Shown here piece after piece: positions 12,339-24,114 of a stretch of DNA of 64,000 nucleotides (positions within the stretch are counted from its first letter, which is position 1; every line of letters starts with the position of its first letter). The stretch covers positions 5,642,001 to 5,706,000 of the forward strand of contig JBHGNT010000013.1 of NCBI GenBank assembly GCA_043228905.1, given 5' to 3'. Source of the stretch: Azolla caroliniana. Its lineage: Eukaryota > Plantae > Polypodiophyta. Position numbers and translations under genes: made by a program. The notes under the pieces are model-generated. The model had not been told where the DNA came from and did no database searches. It saw only the letters and a program-made list of their open reading frames with translations.

Positions 12339-12747
12339 TGTCATGATATAGCATGGTATGGCCTCAAAAGGATTTAAACCCATGACCTTCTGTGACTTGG
12401 GTGGAAGCCTTACCATTAACCTATTCATTGTAATACATAAAATATTATTTCCATTTACTATTTCACTTAGGAAATTCATGTATAATTCTAGAAATGTCAA
12501 GAGTAATCCTAAGACACTATAAAAAGAGGCACATGGCATTATTGATAACCAAATCGGTTCAACGCCACTATTAAGCCTCCTAGCTATTCTTGTATATTCT
12601 CATCATATAATATATCTTTTGTTATCATCATTCTCTCCCTCTCTGTCTCTCCTTCTCTCGACAGTTCTACACCCTTTTCTCTCTCTTCGTACTAATCCTC
12701 ATATTTTAGGTACTTATTCGCTCTAATTCTAGGTACTATTTCTAACA
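12339..12747 (+). repeat. Chromovirus 3' LTR
   Basis: Starts TGTCAT after PPT, TATA-like CTATAAAA, CT-rich tail; end at TCTAACA is a best guess. Confidence 0.65.
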
Positions 12748-13319
12748 ATGATATATCTAAGAAACTAAAAAGTATGAACTCTGTTTTTTTCCGAATATTT
12801 TTTAATACATTCCTATGCGTATTTGTATGCATTCATTTGGTACCCCCCACAAATGTGAAAGTGTCAATCTATGCTTATAATTATATATATAGTTACATAC
12901 TTATACTTCTATATATAATTATATAGTTATAAATACGTGCATAGTTACATACTTTGTTGTTCGCCGGAATTATAACCATTGGACATAACGCATTGTAAAA
13001 TATATTATTATTGTAGGGGCGTTAGGTAATGTAGTAACGGTTCACGCAGGAAGCGTAACCGACGATTGCCCTGTGTATAAAAAGGGTGGAAGAACAATAT
13101 AAGAGCTAGCATATTTTTGGGAGCACAATCTTTTAATATAGTTTCTGTCTTCTCTAATTCCTATCTCTTGTCTCCTATCTCTTATGTCTTCTCTTTTATC
13201 TCTTAGTGTGATTATGTACAAGTAAGCATAAGGTAGTATGTGTTGTGTGTTTACACACAATAGGAGCTCAGTTGTAGCCATCTCCTGTTACACCTTTTGA
13301 ATAAGCTCTACTGCGTAAG

Positions 13320-13751
13320 TGTCACGGACGGGTAGACGAGGACAGGGACAAGTAGACGAGCTAAATATTAAGAGAGAGTGAAAGATAGATATATAGATAG
13401 GGAGAGAGCATAGACAAGAGAACAAGAGAGAGAGAAGATAGAAAAAAGAGCAAGAACTAAATTATGCTTCCGTAACTGGTGTTGTTCACCTTGATTGTAT
13501 TCAAGATGCACCGAAATATTTATACAAGAAACATCTAGAGAGTGCATGAAGATGCATTCCCTAGAAGTTTCTTGAAAGTCCTAGTGATTAACTTACAGTG
13601 TAATAAGTTGATCCGCTTGGTGGTACGAAAAGGGCCTAGTCTTTTGTAGTCCAATTTTGCGCAAGGACGTTGTCGTGAAAATCCGCCAATAAGCGCGGAT
13701 CGTGAGGCGGAACCGCCGAGGTTCTGGATAGGAAGGATTTTGGGCTTAACA
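13320..13751 (-). mobile_element. Solo or isolated chromovirus-type LTR
   Basis: 13320-13608 aligns with 30176-30314 plus 33286-33490; TG/CA ends; no clean TSD. Confidence 0.7.
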
Positions 13752-14619
13752 CTTAATGTATTTTAGGCTTAAAGACGAGCAATTTCCCTGTAATAAGAGT
13801 AAATTTGTAGTATAAGAGATCGAATAATAGTTAATTACATTTATGCATAAGCAAATCTTCGAGTAGGAGATTATGTGAGATTGAATAATACTTAATAATG
13901 CTAATAAGTAAGAAAAGCTTAGATTACGAGAGTATGAATGACACTTAATTATCTTTATACATAAGCAATGTTTAAAATAAGAGAGCATAAGAGAAGAAAC
14001 ATGGAAAAGTTTTTATTACTAAATCATCAATATAACGGACTTGTTTAGATACATGAAATTTTTATTTTTATTTTTCTATCTCCCCTTTTGGGGTATAAGA
14101 GTATGAGAGAGGAAATATAAATCTTTTCTTCTTCCATCCCTGTATCTCTTCTTAAAATAAGCTCTTATTTTTCTCCTAAAAAAAGGCTTGTCTATATGAG
14201 TTGCGTTTTATTTCTATCACTATTTTATTTTTGTAAGTCCAAATTAGACATGCAAGCTATTTTTTGAAATCCCTTTGAGTTAGCTTTCTTATGAATGTTT
14301 TCTTGTCTAATTTGGACACCGAAGGAGGAAATTATGAGGTTTTTTCTCTACCTTGCTCCTCAATTCCACGCCTTGCGTTTTTCTTTTGCGTTATTATTAT
14401 TATTATTATTATTTTACCTTTTCTACTTTTTTTTTTTACTTTTGAAAATTCGCTTCTACCTTCTTATCTTTTCATCATTTATTACAAAAGTTGACTTCAT
14501 AATCTTAGTTTATTTCAACTACTACTTTAATTTTTTTTTGTGGTGGTTTTACACTATGTGTTGAAAACATCACGACATCCACCCCCACCAAACCTGCACA
14601 TCCACTTGTATGTGCCAAT

Positions 14620-15011
14620 TGTTGACCGGTCAGAAGAGCAAGGACAAGTGGGAAGGCGGAGTCGGATCAGATAATAGGAAGTAAATAATAGTATAATTAT
14701 TATTCGGAGGGACGGATCCGGTACAGTTGTACCGATCCGGATCCGGACCGATTCAAATGTCGGTTGCCTAAGCGCACCGATTGTAACCTTGCCGGATGCC
14801 TATAAAAGGATCCGATGATTTGTAAAGGTTTGGGACGGAAGTAATACAAATAGAATTATTGCGTGTTTATTTGTATCTTTGTATTGTTTTACCGTCTGTG
14901 CTTAATTGTAATCATCTTACGCGTGTAACCTAGCATCCAATCCTTACCACCCCTTTGGAGAAGTGTCGAATAGACACCTGTGTTGAGGCTAGTTCAGCCA
15001 GGCAGACAACA
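14620..15011 (+). repeat. Element A 5' LTR (392 bp)
   Basis: TGTTG...CAACA, TATA CCTATAAAA near 14800; 16 bp longer than 3' LTR. Confidence 0.95.
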
Positions 15012-15017
15012 CTATTT

Positions 15018-15028
15018 TGGCGACCACG
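15018..15028 (+). promoter_or_regulatory. PBS, tRNA-Arg (probably UCG type)
   Basis: TGGCGACCACG 6 nt after LTR; complementary to a ...GTGGTCGCCA tRNA 3' end (tRNA identity recalled, not searched). Confidence 0.8.
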
Positions 15029-15063
15029 ATTCCTGCAAAGTGTAGAGGACAACCGGGGGATGG

Positions 15064-16734
15064 ATGTCTAGACCAAACGACGACCACATCACCGAACGAG
15101 GGAGACGATACACCGAACGAGAGCAACGACGGGAAGCCCTGCAGCAAGCCGTTGACGAGATCCGACGAGATCGGTCATTCTCCAGAACTCTTCGGAGAGT
15201 TGCAGAAGAAGCACTGCAATTCCGGGTTTTGCAAGTCCCCGACGAAGGCAGTAGCATAACAAGCCTGCAAGAGGCGGAAACGATACTACAAACGCTCGTC
15301 GGGGGCGACGGGGACTCGGAAGCATTCGCAACACTTGAGGCGGAGTCGGAAAGCGACGGAAGCGTTGCGTCCCGGTATAAAAGTAGCCACGACACACCAA
15401 ACGACCCGGGGGAAGAGGGGTCGGAAGACTCAGTAACACCGGAGCCAGAGGAAGAAATAACCTTGGAGTTCGGTGACCGGCAATCGTCGAGGGAGGCTGA
15501 CGGGATACCGACTACACCCGCGAAGGAACCGAAGGAGCGGATACCGACAACACCCGCGGAGGAACCAAAGGACCGGACACCGGCAACACCCGCGGAGGAA
15601 CTGAAGGAGCGGATACCTGCACCAACCGCGGAGGAACCAAAGGTTCTCACACCGACGCCAACAGTGGACAGAGAGCGGAGAAAGCAGGAGAGTCAGTTGG
15701 ACGACACGATGCCGTACCCATACCCAAAGTACCGGGATGAGCCCGACGCGGAGGCACACGTGTACGCATTCCTCCAAACATGGGAAGCCAACCATGTCTC
15801 CCAAAGACTGACGGAGCCCGAAGCCGAACGATCCAAAGTCGCCGAATTCGGCATGACCTTAGAAGGACCGGCGGCCCGATGGCACGCAAAGCACTTACCG
15901 GGCAGCTTTGCCACATTCGATGCCTTGAAGGCCAAATTCCTCAAGCTTTTTCACAGACAAGTTGAGCAAAGGGAATTGGTCGGGCAGTTCTACACCACCC
16001 GGCAGGAAGAGAACGTGACTGTGCCACAATTCATCATTCGGTTTCAGACCCTGCACAGCCAACTGACGAGAGCACCACCCGAAGACGAAGCCAAAGCAGT
16101 CTTTTTGGCCGCGCTGAAAGAGCCACTTCAAACAATGTGCGGAGTCCTTGATTTCCACACCAGCACAATGGACCAAGTTATTGATCGGGTCTTAGAAATG
16201 GACAAGACTAGCTCCTTCTTATCGATGGGGATGTTACACCGGGCACTCCCGAAGGAGGAAGACCTGAGGTTCCGACAGGCCTTACAATGCACAACATGCC
16301 TAAATTCGGGCCACTCAACAGTAGACTGCACCCTGCGGACACAATGTATGATCTGCAACTCTCGAGCCCATACAACGGACCGATGCGAATATAACCTGTT
16401 AAATCGGCAGGCAACACCGGTTCGACACATAGAACCGCGCAATCAGAACCCGGATGAGGATCGATTCCGGAGAGACGACCGCTACCAACGTGAACGCGGT
16501 AACAGATACACTGATAGAAGACGCGATAACTATGACCGAGAGGAGAAACGCAGAGATAGCTACCCCCGGGACCGGTACGACCGAGACGAATCCCCGGAAT
16601 ACGAACGACGCAGAGAAGAGAGGCGACAAGGGAACCGAAATTTCCGACGGAATCAAAAGCGTGGATTTTTCCGAAGAGAGGAACGTCGGGAGGCAGCAAG
16701 GAATGACAACACGGTATCGGTACCGGATAACTGA
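15064..16734 (+). CDS. Element A gag, in frame with pol across one TGA
   Basis: Retrotransposon capsid region, two CX2CX4HX4C knuckles, 12-aa tandem repeat at 15505-15650. Confidence 0.88.
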   Translation: MSRPNDDHITERGRRYTEREQRREALQQAVDEIRRDRSFSRTLRRVAEEALQFRVLQVPDEGSSITSLQEAETILQTLVGGDGDSEAFATLEAESESDGSVASRYKSSHDTPNDPGEEGSEDSVTPEPEEEITLEFGDRQSSREADGIPTTPAKEPKERIPTTPAEEPKDRTPATPAEELKERIPAPTAEEPKVLTPTPTVDRERRKQESQLDDTMPYPYPKYRDEPDAEAHVYAFLQTWEANHVSQRLTEPEAERSKVAEFGMTLEGPAARWHAKHLPGSFATFDALKAKFLKLFHRQVEQRELVGQFYTTRQEENVTVPQFIIRFQTLHSQLTRAPPEDEAKAVFLAALKEPLQTMCGVLDFHTSTMDQVIDRVLEMDKTSSFLSMGMLHRALPKEEDLRFRQALQCTTCLNSGHSTVDCTLRTQCMICNSRAHTTDRCEYNLLNRQATPVRHIEPRNQNPDEDRFRRDDRYQRERGNRYTDRRRDNYDREEKRRDSYPRDRYDRDESPEYERRREERRQGNRNFRRNQKRGFFRREERREAARNDNTVSVPDN

Positions 16735-19700
16735 AAAACCGAAGACGACCGCCGAAGCATACCCACCCTCCAAACCGGGGACAAAGGAGAAACGAGCAAC
16801 AGTCACAAGGTGTACTGTTATTACTGCCGTAAGGAAGGCCATTATAGTAACCAATGCCCAAGCAAAACCAATGACAAGCAACCGGCAGTCAACATGGTTA
16901 CAGCCGAAATAACAGAAGTACAGCAGGTCACAACCCGGTCAAAGGGAAAGATCGCCGAGTGGGAAGCCCAGGAGGCAATCAGAAAACAAACGGCGCAATG
17001 GATCAAGGAGGCCAATGAACAGAATGCGGCAGAAGTAAGAGACCAAAATATGCCAAAAGACGAAGAAATCATACAGCCAGGAGAAAACCCGACGTGGCAA
17101 GCGCTACAGGACTGTCAAATCATGTTGCCGTTAGCACGGCTACTACAGTTGGTGCCACGGTTTACGGTAGACTTACAGGCATCCGTGAGCAAACCGAAGC
17201 CGACACCAGCACCGGCATTCTTCTCCAACCCGGAGGAAGGACCAACGGTGGTCGATACAAGTAGCCCGGCGATCACGGCAATCGTGAAAGGAAAGGAAAT
17301 TGTTGGAACGATTATTGACGGAGGCTCCGGGGTAAATGTCATCAGCCGACAGACATGCGATAACCTGGGCATCCGGGAATGGGAACCATGCCCCTTCTGG
17401 TTACGCATGGCGGATACCAGCTCAGTCCTACCAACCGGGCTTATCCGGGATTTGGAAGTAACGATCGGAGGCCACGTATTCCGGATATCGGCCGTGGTGC
17501 TGCAGCTGAATGTACAAGGCACGTACCCCCTACTGCTAGGACGACCATGGCTGCGAACGGCGCATATCAAGCTGAACTGGCAAAAGAACATGATCACATT
17601 CCGGCGAGGGAAAACAAAGGTACGAGTACCGACGCAACCACGGGTGATCGCCAGTAAGGAAGCAACTCCATTGTATGCGGAGAGCATCAACATGTTGGAG
17701 GGATTACCGGACAAGGAAGTCGAGCGGTACCTCGAGGAACACCCACGAATCGTCCCACTATTTGAGGTGGATATCACGGTGGCAGTAGAACCGTACATCA
17801 CGACGCCGGACGAACCGGACCAAGCGGCGATCCGAGAACTGCGACAAGCGCAGGAATCCCTAGAGAGGGAAATGACGATATCCCAGAGGGTAAAAGCATC
17901 CCAACTAGAGGAGGTGGACCTCGGCACAACAGACAATCCTCGATTGGTAAATGTCGCGAAGGAATTGCCGAAGGAAGAAAAGAAGGCAATAATAGCATTA
18001 TTAACAGACTTCAAGGATGTGTTCGCATGGTCGTACGAAGACATGCGAGGGCTGGACCCCCAGCTCTATCAGCACCAAATTCACCTAAGTACGGACGCGA
18101 AACCGATCGCTCAACACAGGTACCGGATGAATCCGAATTATGCGGCGAAGGTGAAGGAGGAGATTGATAAGCTCCTCCGGGTCGGATTTATCCGACCGGT
18201 CAAGCAGGCAACCTGGCTGAGTCCGATAGTGGTGGTCCCGAAAAAGAACGGCAAAATCCAGGTCTGCGTGGACTACTGCAAACTAAATGCCGCAACAGTG
18301 ACCGATGCGTTTCCACTACCATTTACGGACAGGATGTTAGATGCGGTAGCCGGCCACGAAGTTTGCAGCTTCCTAGATGGATTTAGTGGCTACAACCAAA
18401 TACGAATGAACCCGGCCGACCAGGAGAAGACAGCGTTCGTTATGGAATGGGGAGTGTTTGTCGCGGTCATGATGATGTTCGGACTAAAGACGGCTCCAGC
18501 GACCTTACAAAGGATAATAATGGAAATTTTCGGGGAATATATCCCCGGTTTTATGCAGGTCTTCCTTGACGATTTCGCGGTCTACAGCCGGCACGGAGAG
18601 CATCTCGATCAACTCCGGCTGTGCTTGGAGAAGTGCCTCGAGTACTGGTTGAGTCTGAACCCGGCCAAGTGCGTCTTTGGAGTGGCAAGCAGCAACTTAC
18701 TAGGGCACGTGGTGAGTAAGGAAGGAATCGCGGTAGATCCGGATAAAGTAAAGGCGAAAGAGTACCCTTCCTATGGGCGGAGACGGAGGAGAAAGCCTAC
18801 CAAGCGTTGAAGGTTATGCTGTCGCAAGCTCCGGTGGTGCAACCGCCGGATTGGAGTAAAAGCTTTCATGTCTTCGTCGACGTGTCGGACGTAGCAATCG
18901 GCAGCGTTCTGATGCAACTCACGGAGCTAAAATGGTACCGACCGGTGTACTACGCAAGCCGGAAACTCTCAAAAGCCGAACGGGACTACTCTACGACGGA
19001 ACGCGAGGCATTGGGAATGGTGTATAGTGTCACAAAGTATAGGCACTATCTGCTCGGAAGGAAGTTTTCCTTCCATGTCGACCATTCGGCACTACTCTAC
19101 TTGGTCTCGAAGGCATCCCTAACGAGAAAAATTGCACGATGGACACTGCTGTTACAGGAATTTGAATTCGACATTTTCCACCGACCCGGGGCGCAGCATG
19201 CGGTAGCGGACTACCTAAGTAGACTCGAATCCGGAGAAGTAGGGGACAGCGTCCCGGATGAGTTCCCCGACGTCGAGTTGTTCCGGATCACGACAGAACC
19301 GACAACGGATGCAACGGTACCCGATGAAGACACATGGCTAACTGAGATGCATCAGTTCCTGAGCACCGGAGTACCCCCGGAGAACATAGACTGCGATGAA
19401 AGGAAAAGGGTAGCAGTAAGAAGCAGACATTTCTGCTTGGTTGGAGACACCCTCTATCACAAGGGGGCAGATGGCATCTGGAGACGAGCAGTGCGGAGCG
19501 ATGAGAAGGATCTAATCCTCAGGGAAGCCCACTGTGGAATTGCCGGCGGGCATTATGCCGGCGACGCAACCGCTCGGAAAATATGGCAGAGCGGACTGTG
19601 GTGGCCCAACACCCTAAAAGATGCCGTGAAGTATAGCCGAGAATGCGATTTGTGTCAACGACTGGGCCAACCCACGGAGCAGGCCCGGATGCCACACCAC

Positions 19701-20678
19701 CCGGTCTTGCCATTGGAACCGTTTCAAAAGTGGGGTTTGGACTTTGTCGGTCCCTTCAAGCCACCGGCAATGCGAACCGGAAATCGGTATGTCATAGTGG
19801 CGACCGACTATTGCACCAAATGGGTAGAAGCAAAGGCCTTACGGGACAACACGGCCGCGTCCACGGCAAAGTTCCTGTACGAGTGCATATGGTGCCGGTA
19901 TGGATGCCCGATCAAGCTTATAAATGATGAAGGAGGACACTTTCTCGGGCAGGTAGTAGAAACCCTGACGTCATTTTACGCGGTGGTACATAAAAGGAGT
20001 ACTCCCTACTACCCTCAAGCCAATGGACTAGCGGAATCAACGAACAAAACTCTGCAGAACATCCTACGAAAAATCGTCAACGAGAACCAGACCGACTGGG
20101 ATACAAAATTGCAAAGCGCGCTATGGGCGTACCGAACAACGTACAAAACCAGCATCCGGACAACCCCGTTCCGACTAGCATTCGGTTTAGAAGCGGTCAT
20201 GCCGGTAGAGTTCCAGATCCCCAGCTTACGGATCCAGGTAAAGGAGCGCTTAAGTGAGAAGGAGTCCGAACGAATCCGGCTGGCGACGTTGTTGGAATTA
20301 GAAGAAAACCGAATAGCCAGCTTACTACAACTCAAATTGGAGCAAAGGAGGAGAAAAGCTTTCGTGGACCGACACCGGCGTGGCAACGAAAAGGAGTTCA
20401 ATGTCGGGAAACCGGTGCTACTGTTCCAGACACGGATGGGGAACATGCCGGGAAAGTTGCGGTTTCGGTGGACCGGACCGTTCTGGATCACCAAGGAGTA
20501 CAATGGGTCGTATCAGCTCGGCACGTTGTCTGGAGAAGTCATCGGTAAATGGGCAAATGGGTTTCGGCTAAAGCCGTATAAGGGAAATATGCCAACCAAC
20601 CCGTTCAAGCAAAACCCGGAAATCCGGCACGATGAGGAACCGACACTGATACTGACAAAGACTATCCCGGAAAACTGA
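16735..20678 (+). pseudogene. Element A pol (third knuckle, PR, RT, RNase H, IN) with deletion and frameshift near 18760
   Basis: IIDGGSG protease, FLDGFSGYNQI and FLDD RT, FVDVSD/TEREAL/VDH/ADYLSR RNase H, HHCC plus GLDFVGP...GLAE integrase. The RT thumb segment present in element C is absent. Confidence 0.93.
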
Positions 20679-20756
20679 CAGAAGGATCCGGTATCAGCGC
20701 GAACCGACCCGAACAAATCGGGGGGGACCAGAAAATGACGTGGTCCAAACAAACAG

Positions 20757-20788
<32 letters not shown>
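20757..20788 (+). repeat. Poly(A) tract (32 nt) in pol/extra-ORF spacer
   Basis: Uninterrupted A run. Confidence 0.95.
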
Positions 20789-20792
<4 letters not shown>

Positions 20793-21144
20793 GGTAATGA
20801 TGGGGAGATCACAAGAGGTGGGAGCACCACCATGCAATGAAGAGGCGCCATGCAGTAAAGGAGGATGTGCGTGTACTTGCTATTTAAAGCATGGAACGTG
20901 AGCACCGACTCACACGCGGCAAGCAAGAAAGGACATACTAATTATGGCGGGAGATGGACATGCGCGGGAAACAAAAAAGGACGGCTCGAAGCAAAAGCCA
21001 CTATATAAGACACAGGTCTGCAAAGGACTTACTTTTTACGAATTTTCCTACACACAGGCGCGGAAACACAGAAGAGCCATCCGACACACAGCGCACACAC
21101 ATCCCGATCCCGAACAACAGAGAGCAGAAGAGGAATTTGAACCA

Positions 21145-24066
21145 ATGGTACTGTCGGAGGAGGCACGCTAATGGATGATGGAGAACGGGTTAGAAGGATT
21201 GCTACGGATCGCTGACGCTCCACCACACGCAGAACCAGAGCAGGCGGCAGCATCGATTGATTTATCAGAAATCACGGAAGGAGCGGTGCAAGCGCTCACG
21301 GGGATAAAAGCAGGAGGACTTCAAACAATCGAAAACCCTTCATATGAAATCCTGTTCGAATATTTCGGTGAGTATTCCATCAGCAGCAAGGCGTACCGAA
21401 CACAGGGCGGAGAGAACCTGCTGTTCGGAGAAGTGGCCCGCGCCCTAATGGAATACGGATTCATGAATTCTCGTCCCCCGGCCATAGCCAGGTACCGGGC
21501 AGCATTGTTAATTGCAACATATGAAGGATTACAAGTGGACTGGCTCCATTTCATAACCAAAGGATTGAAGGAGGTCATCAAGAACCTTGTGGAAGGAAAA
21601 AAGCCATGGGCCGGGATAGCACAATGGCTAACGGTGTTAGTCCCACCGGTGCTCCCCATCAAACAAAAGAAAAGAGGTCGGCAGGAGACGACGCCGAAAA
21701 AGGTCACAAAGCGCTGACATATCCTGGAGAAACACACCCCAGGATGGACCCAGGAAGAAGCAAAACAACGGGAGGAAGGACCATCCCGACAGCAACAAAA
21801 ACCGGCAACAAAGGCAAAACCGGCAGGAAAAGGCAAAGGAAAATCGGCCGAGGAGGAACCGGTAGCGCTCAAACCAATCAATATAACGCTGCGACGACCG
21901 GAACTGGAACCAGAGGTCTTTATACAAAAGGTCCGTCTGGTAGCTGCACCGGAGGAGGAAGCTGAAACAGAAGACTCATCCGAACCATTGGTAAGACCCC
22001 CAATAAGACAAGGTCGGGAGAGACGGGCGAGAGGACCGGCTCCACCAGTTGACAAAACTCAGCAGAGGGCGCAAGGACCACCTCCAGTAGCCGGCGCGAA
22101 AGCAGTACCGAAACCCGTACCGAGGAAAGCAGCACCGACACCGGTTTTGCCGAACTTCAGAGAACCGGTCATCCCAGAGAAGAGGAATGAACAAGCGCCG
22201 GAGCCAGAGAAAAGGCCGGAAAAACAGCCTGAGTTAAGGAGTAGAAGTGAGCAAGGCTACCCCGACACAGGAAGCACAAAGCCACAATGGCTGAGATGGC
22301 TTTCGGAGCAGTTATCGGGAGTAGCGGACTAGTTAGAGGAAGAAGAAACGAGTAGGCAACATCTGACGCATACAACAACCCAGGAGTTGGTCGCGCTCCG
22401 AACACAGATTGAGGAATTGCAAGGGGAACTGTTGCAGGCAAGGGAAGGAATTCAACAAGCACAAGTTGTCACCGAGCTGGTCGGGACAACAAGGAAGCAA
22501 CCAGAACCAGAACCAGAACCGGTAGCCTTGCAAACCGGCCCTGAGACCGAAAAAATAATAGAAACCTTACGAGAGGAGTTAAAAGCTCAGGAGTCATTAA
22601 GGGAAAAAGAAAGGGAGCAGCGGAAAGCGGTGGAGGACGACAGACGGAAAATGGAAGAAGGCCTCTGGAAAGGCCGAGCCACTAATGACCGACTGCAAGA
22701 AGAAAAAGAGAAGCTGCAAAAGGAGAAGGACCGACTGCGTCGACATGCCGAGCAGGAGATAGAACGACTGCAGGAAGAACTCCGACAACAGAAGGACCGG
22801 GACGACCGGTTAAGAGCTCAGGTAAACCGACGCCTAAAGCAGAAGACGGAGGACTTCGACCATCTCTACCGAGATCACAAGCAGGCCGAGTCGGACAACA
22901 AGAAACGGGCAGCAGACTACGACCGGCAAATAGAGAAGCTAAAAGAACAGCTCAAAGAGACCCAATTAGACCTGGCTAAGACAACGGATGAGGTCAGTGC
23001 CAAAAAGGAAGCATTATCGGCGAAAATAACCCAAGCGACGGAGAGAAGGAAGGAATTAGAGGCGCTAAGGCGGGAAAAGCTGGATCTGACCAAGATCAGG
23101 AATGAAGAAAAGGAAAGATCGACCTTCACGATCAACAAACTGCAAAGTACCTATGAAAAGAAGAAAGCGGATTACGAGGCCCAGGCTCAGATAATGGCCG
23201 ACATTATAAAACGGGCAAGGAAGGAAAAGCAAGAAGCTTATGCGCATGCTAAGGCGGGGGTTGACCGGATCAAGCTCATCATGTCAGGTTGGAGTACCCG
23301 AGCTCAGGCAAGCATCAACGAAAGTACGGAAAAGCTATGGAAGGAGTGGTCACAACAGGTAGCCGAGCTGCAGACACTCCGAGCTGATGCCGAGAATCGG
23401 AGGAAGACCGGTGACAAGTTCTACAAGATGGATGAAGAAAGTATCGTCGCCATTCGGGAAGAATTGTCGGAGGATTTCTACGCTTTAGCGGAAGAACATC
23501 TAAAAGAAATCCGAGGGTTGGTGGAGAGGTTGGATGACGGGTAGCTCGCAACTCAGTTGGAGTTGGAGAAATACGAGCAGGACCGGTTACGATAGGAAGC
23601 CAAGGGAAGAACGACGCCAATCACTATAAGTGAGGGAGGGCGACCGGCTGAAGTTGAACCAACCGACACCGAACAACCCCGACAAGGAATACCCGAAGAA
23701 GAACTTCCGTTCGAAGGAAATCAAGAAGAGCAGGAGCAGACCGATGCCGGGGAAGAAGAAGAGCTGAGACCGGAAGATACCAGAGCAGAGGAAGAAGGCG
23801 CACCGAGCCGACCAGTCGAGACCGGAGAAAGCGACACTGGTAACGGAACAGAGCCTGGAACGGAGGGAGAACAGGAAGAACCCGGATGGAGCGGTGAGGA
23901 AGCACCGATACCACAGAATCAAGCAGAGCCGGAGCAACAATTTTTTACGGAACAGCCAACCCAATCGGAGGTCGGAGACCAGGCAGGCAAGGAACAGGAA
24001 TTGGAGGAAGAAGCACCACTTGACCCCATCGAGCAGAGTGTGCTCAATATTTTGGAGGAAGAATGA
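21145..24066 (+). pseudogene. Element A extra ORF (~970 codons; conserved N domain, coiled coil, acidic tail) with five in-frame stops
   Basis: Track ORFs 21175, 21988 and 22387 share one frame; homologous to B and C extra ORFs. Confidence 0.85.
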
Positions 24067-24074
24067 GGCCGGGA

Positions 24075-24114
24075 GTGGATTCGAAGTGCAAGGCACTTTC
24101 CCACAGGCGTGCCA
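24075..24114 (+). other. tRNA-Arg-like 3' half at the PPT position (antisense PBS)
   Basis: GTGGATTCG-AAGTGCAAGGCACTTT-CCCACAGGCGTGCCA, 2 nt before 3' LTR. Confidence 0.8.

Larger units (their letters stand above)
5252..12747 (+). mobile_element. Degenerate chromovirus (Ty3/gypsy) 3' part: integrase, chromodomain, PPT, 3' LTR; split by Copia-2
   Basis: 5252-5591 reads LPIPSKPW*SISLDFITDLP; resumes after 11574 (NQTLEQ, FAEFVYNNSVH); chromodomain YEVAAILDSK...YLVDWLSYSPSDHTWEP near 12110-12290; PPT AAGGGGGGAGGG then TGTCATG. Confidence 0.88.

Noticed and set aside
12955-13292. Possible further solo LTR
   Set aside because: TATA and ...TTACA end are present, but I could not fix a start or TSD.
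13752-14560. AT-rich region with short ORFs
   Set aside because: Low complexity; no domain, terminal repeat or splice structure I can support.
17115-18044. Long antisense ORFs over gag-pol regions
   Set aside because: Shadow frames of GC-rich coding sequence, not conserved in element C.
22387-23544. Coiled-coil ORF as a host gene (myosin/SMC-like)
   Set aside because: Lies inside LTR-bounded element A and has homologues at the same position in B and C.
24052-24075. Purine-rich patch as the PPT of element A
   Set aside because: It is about 40-60 nt from the LTR, interrupted, and overlaps Glu codons of the extra ORF. A PPT must abut the LTR to define its end. Kept only as an alternative to test.
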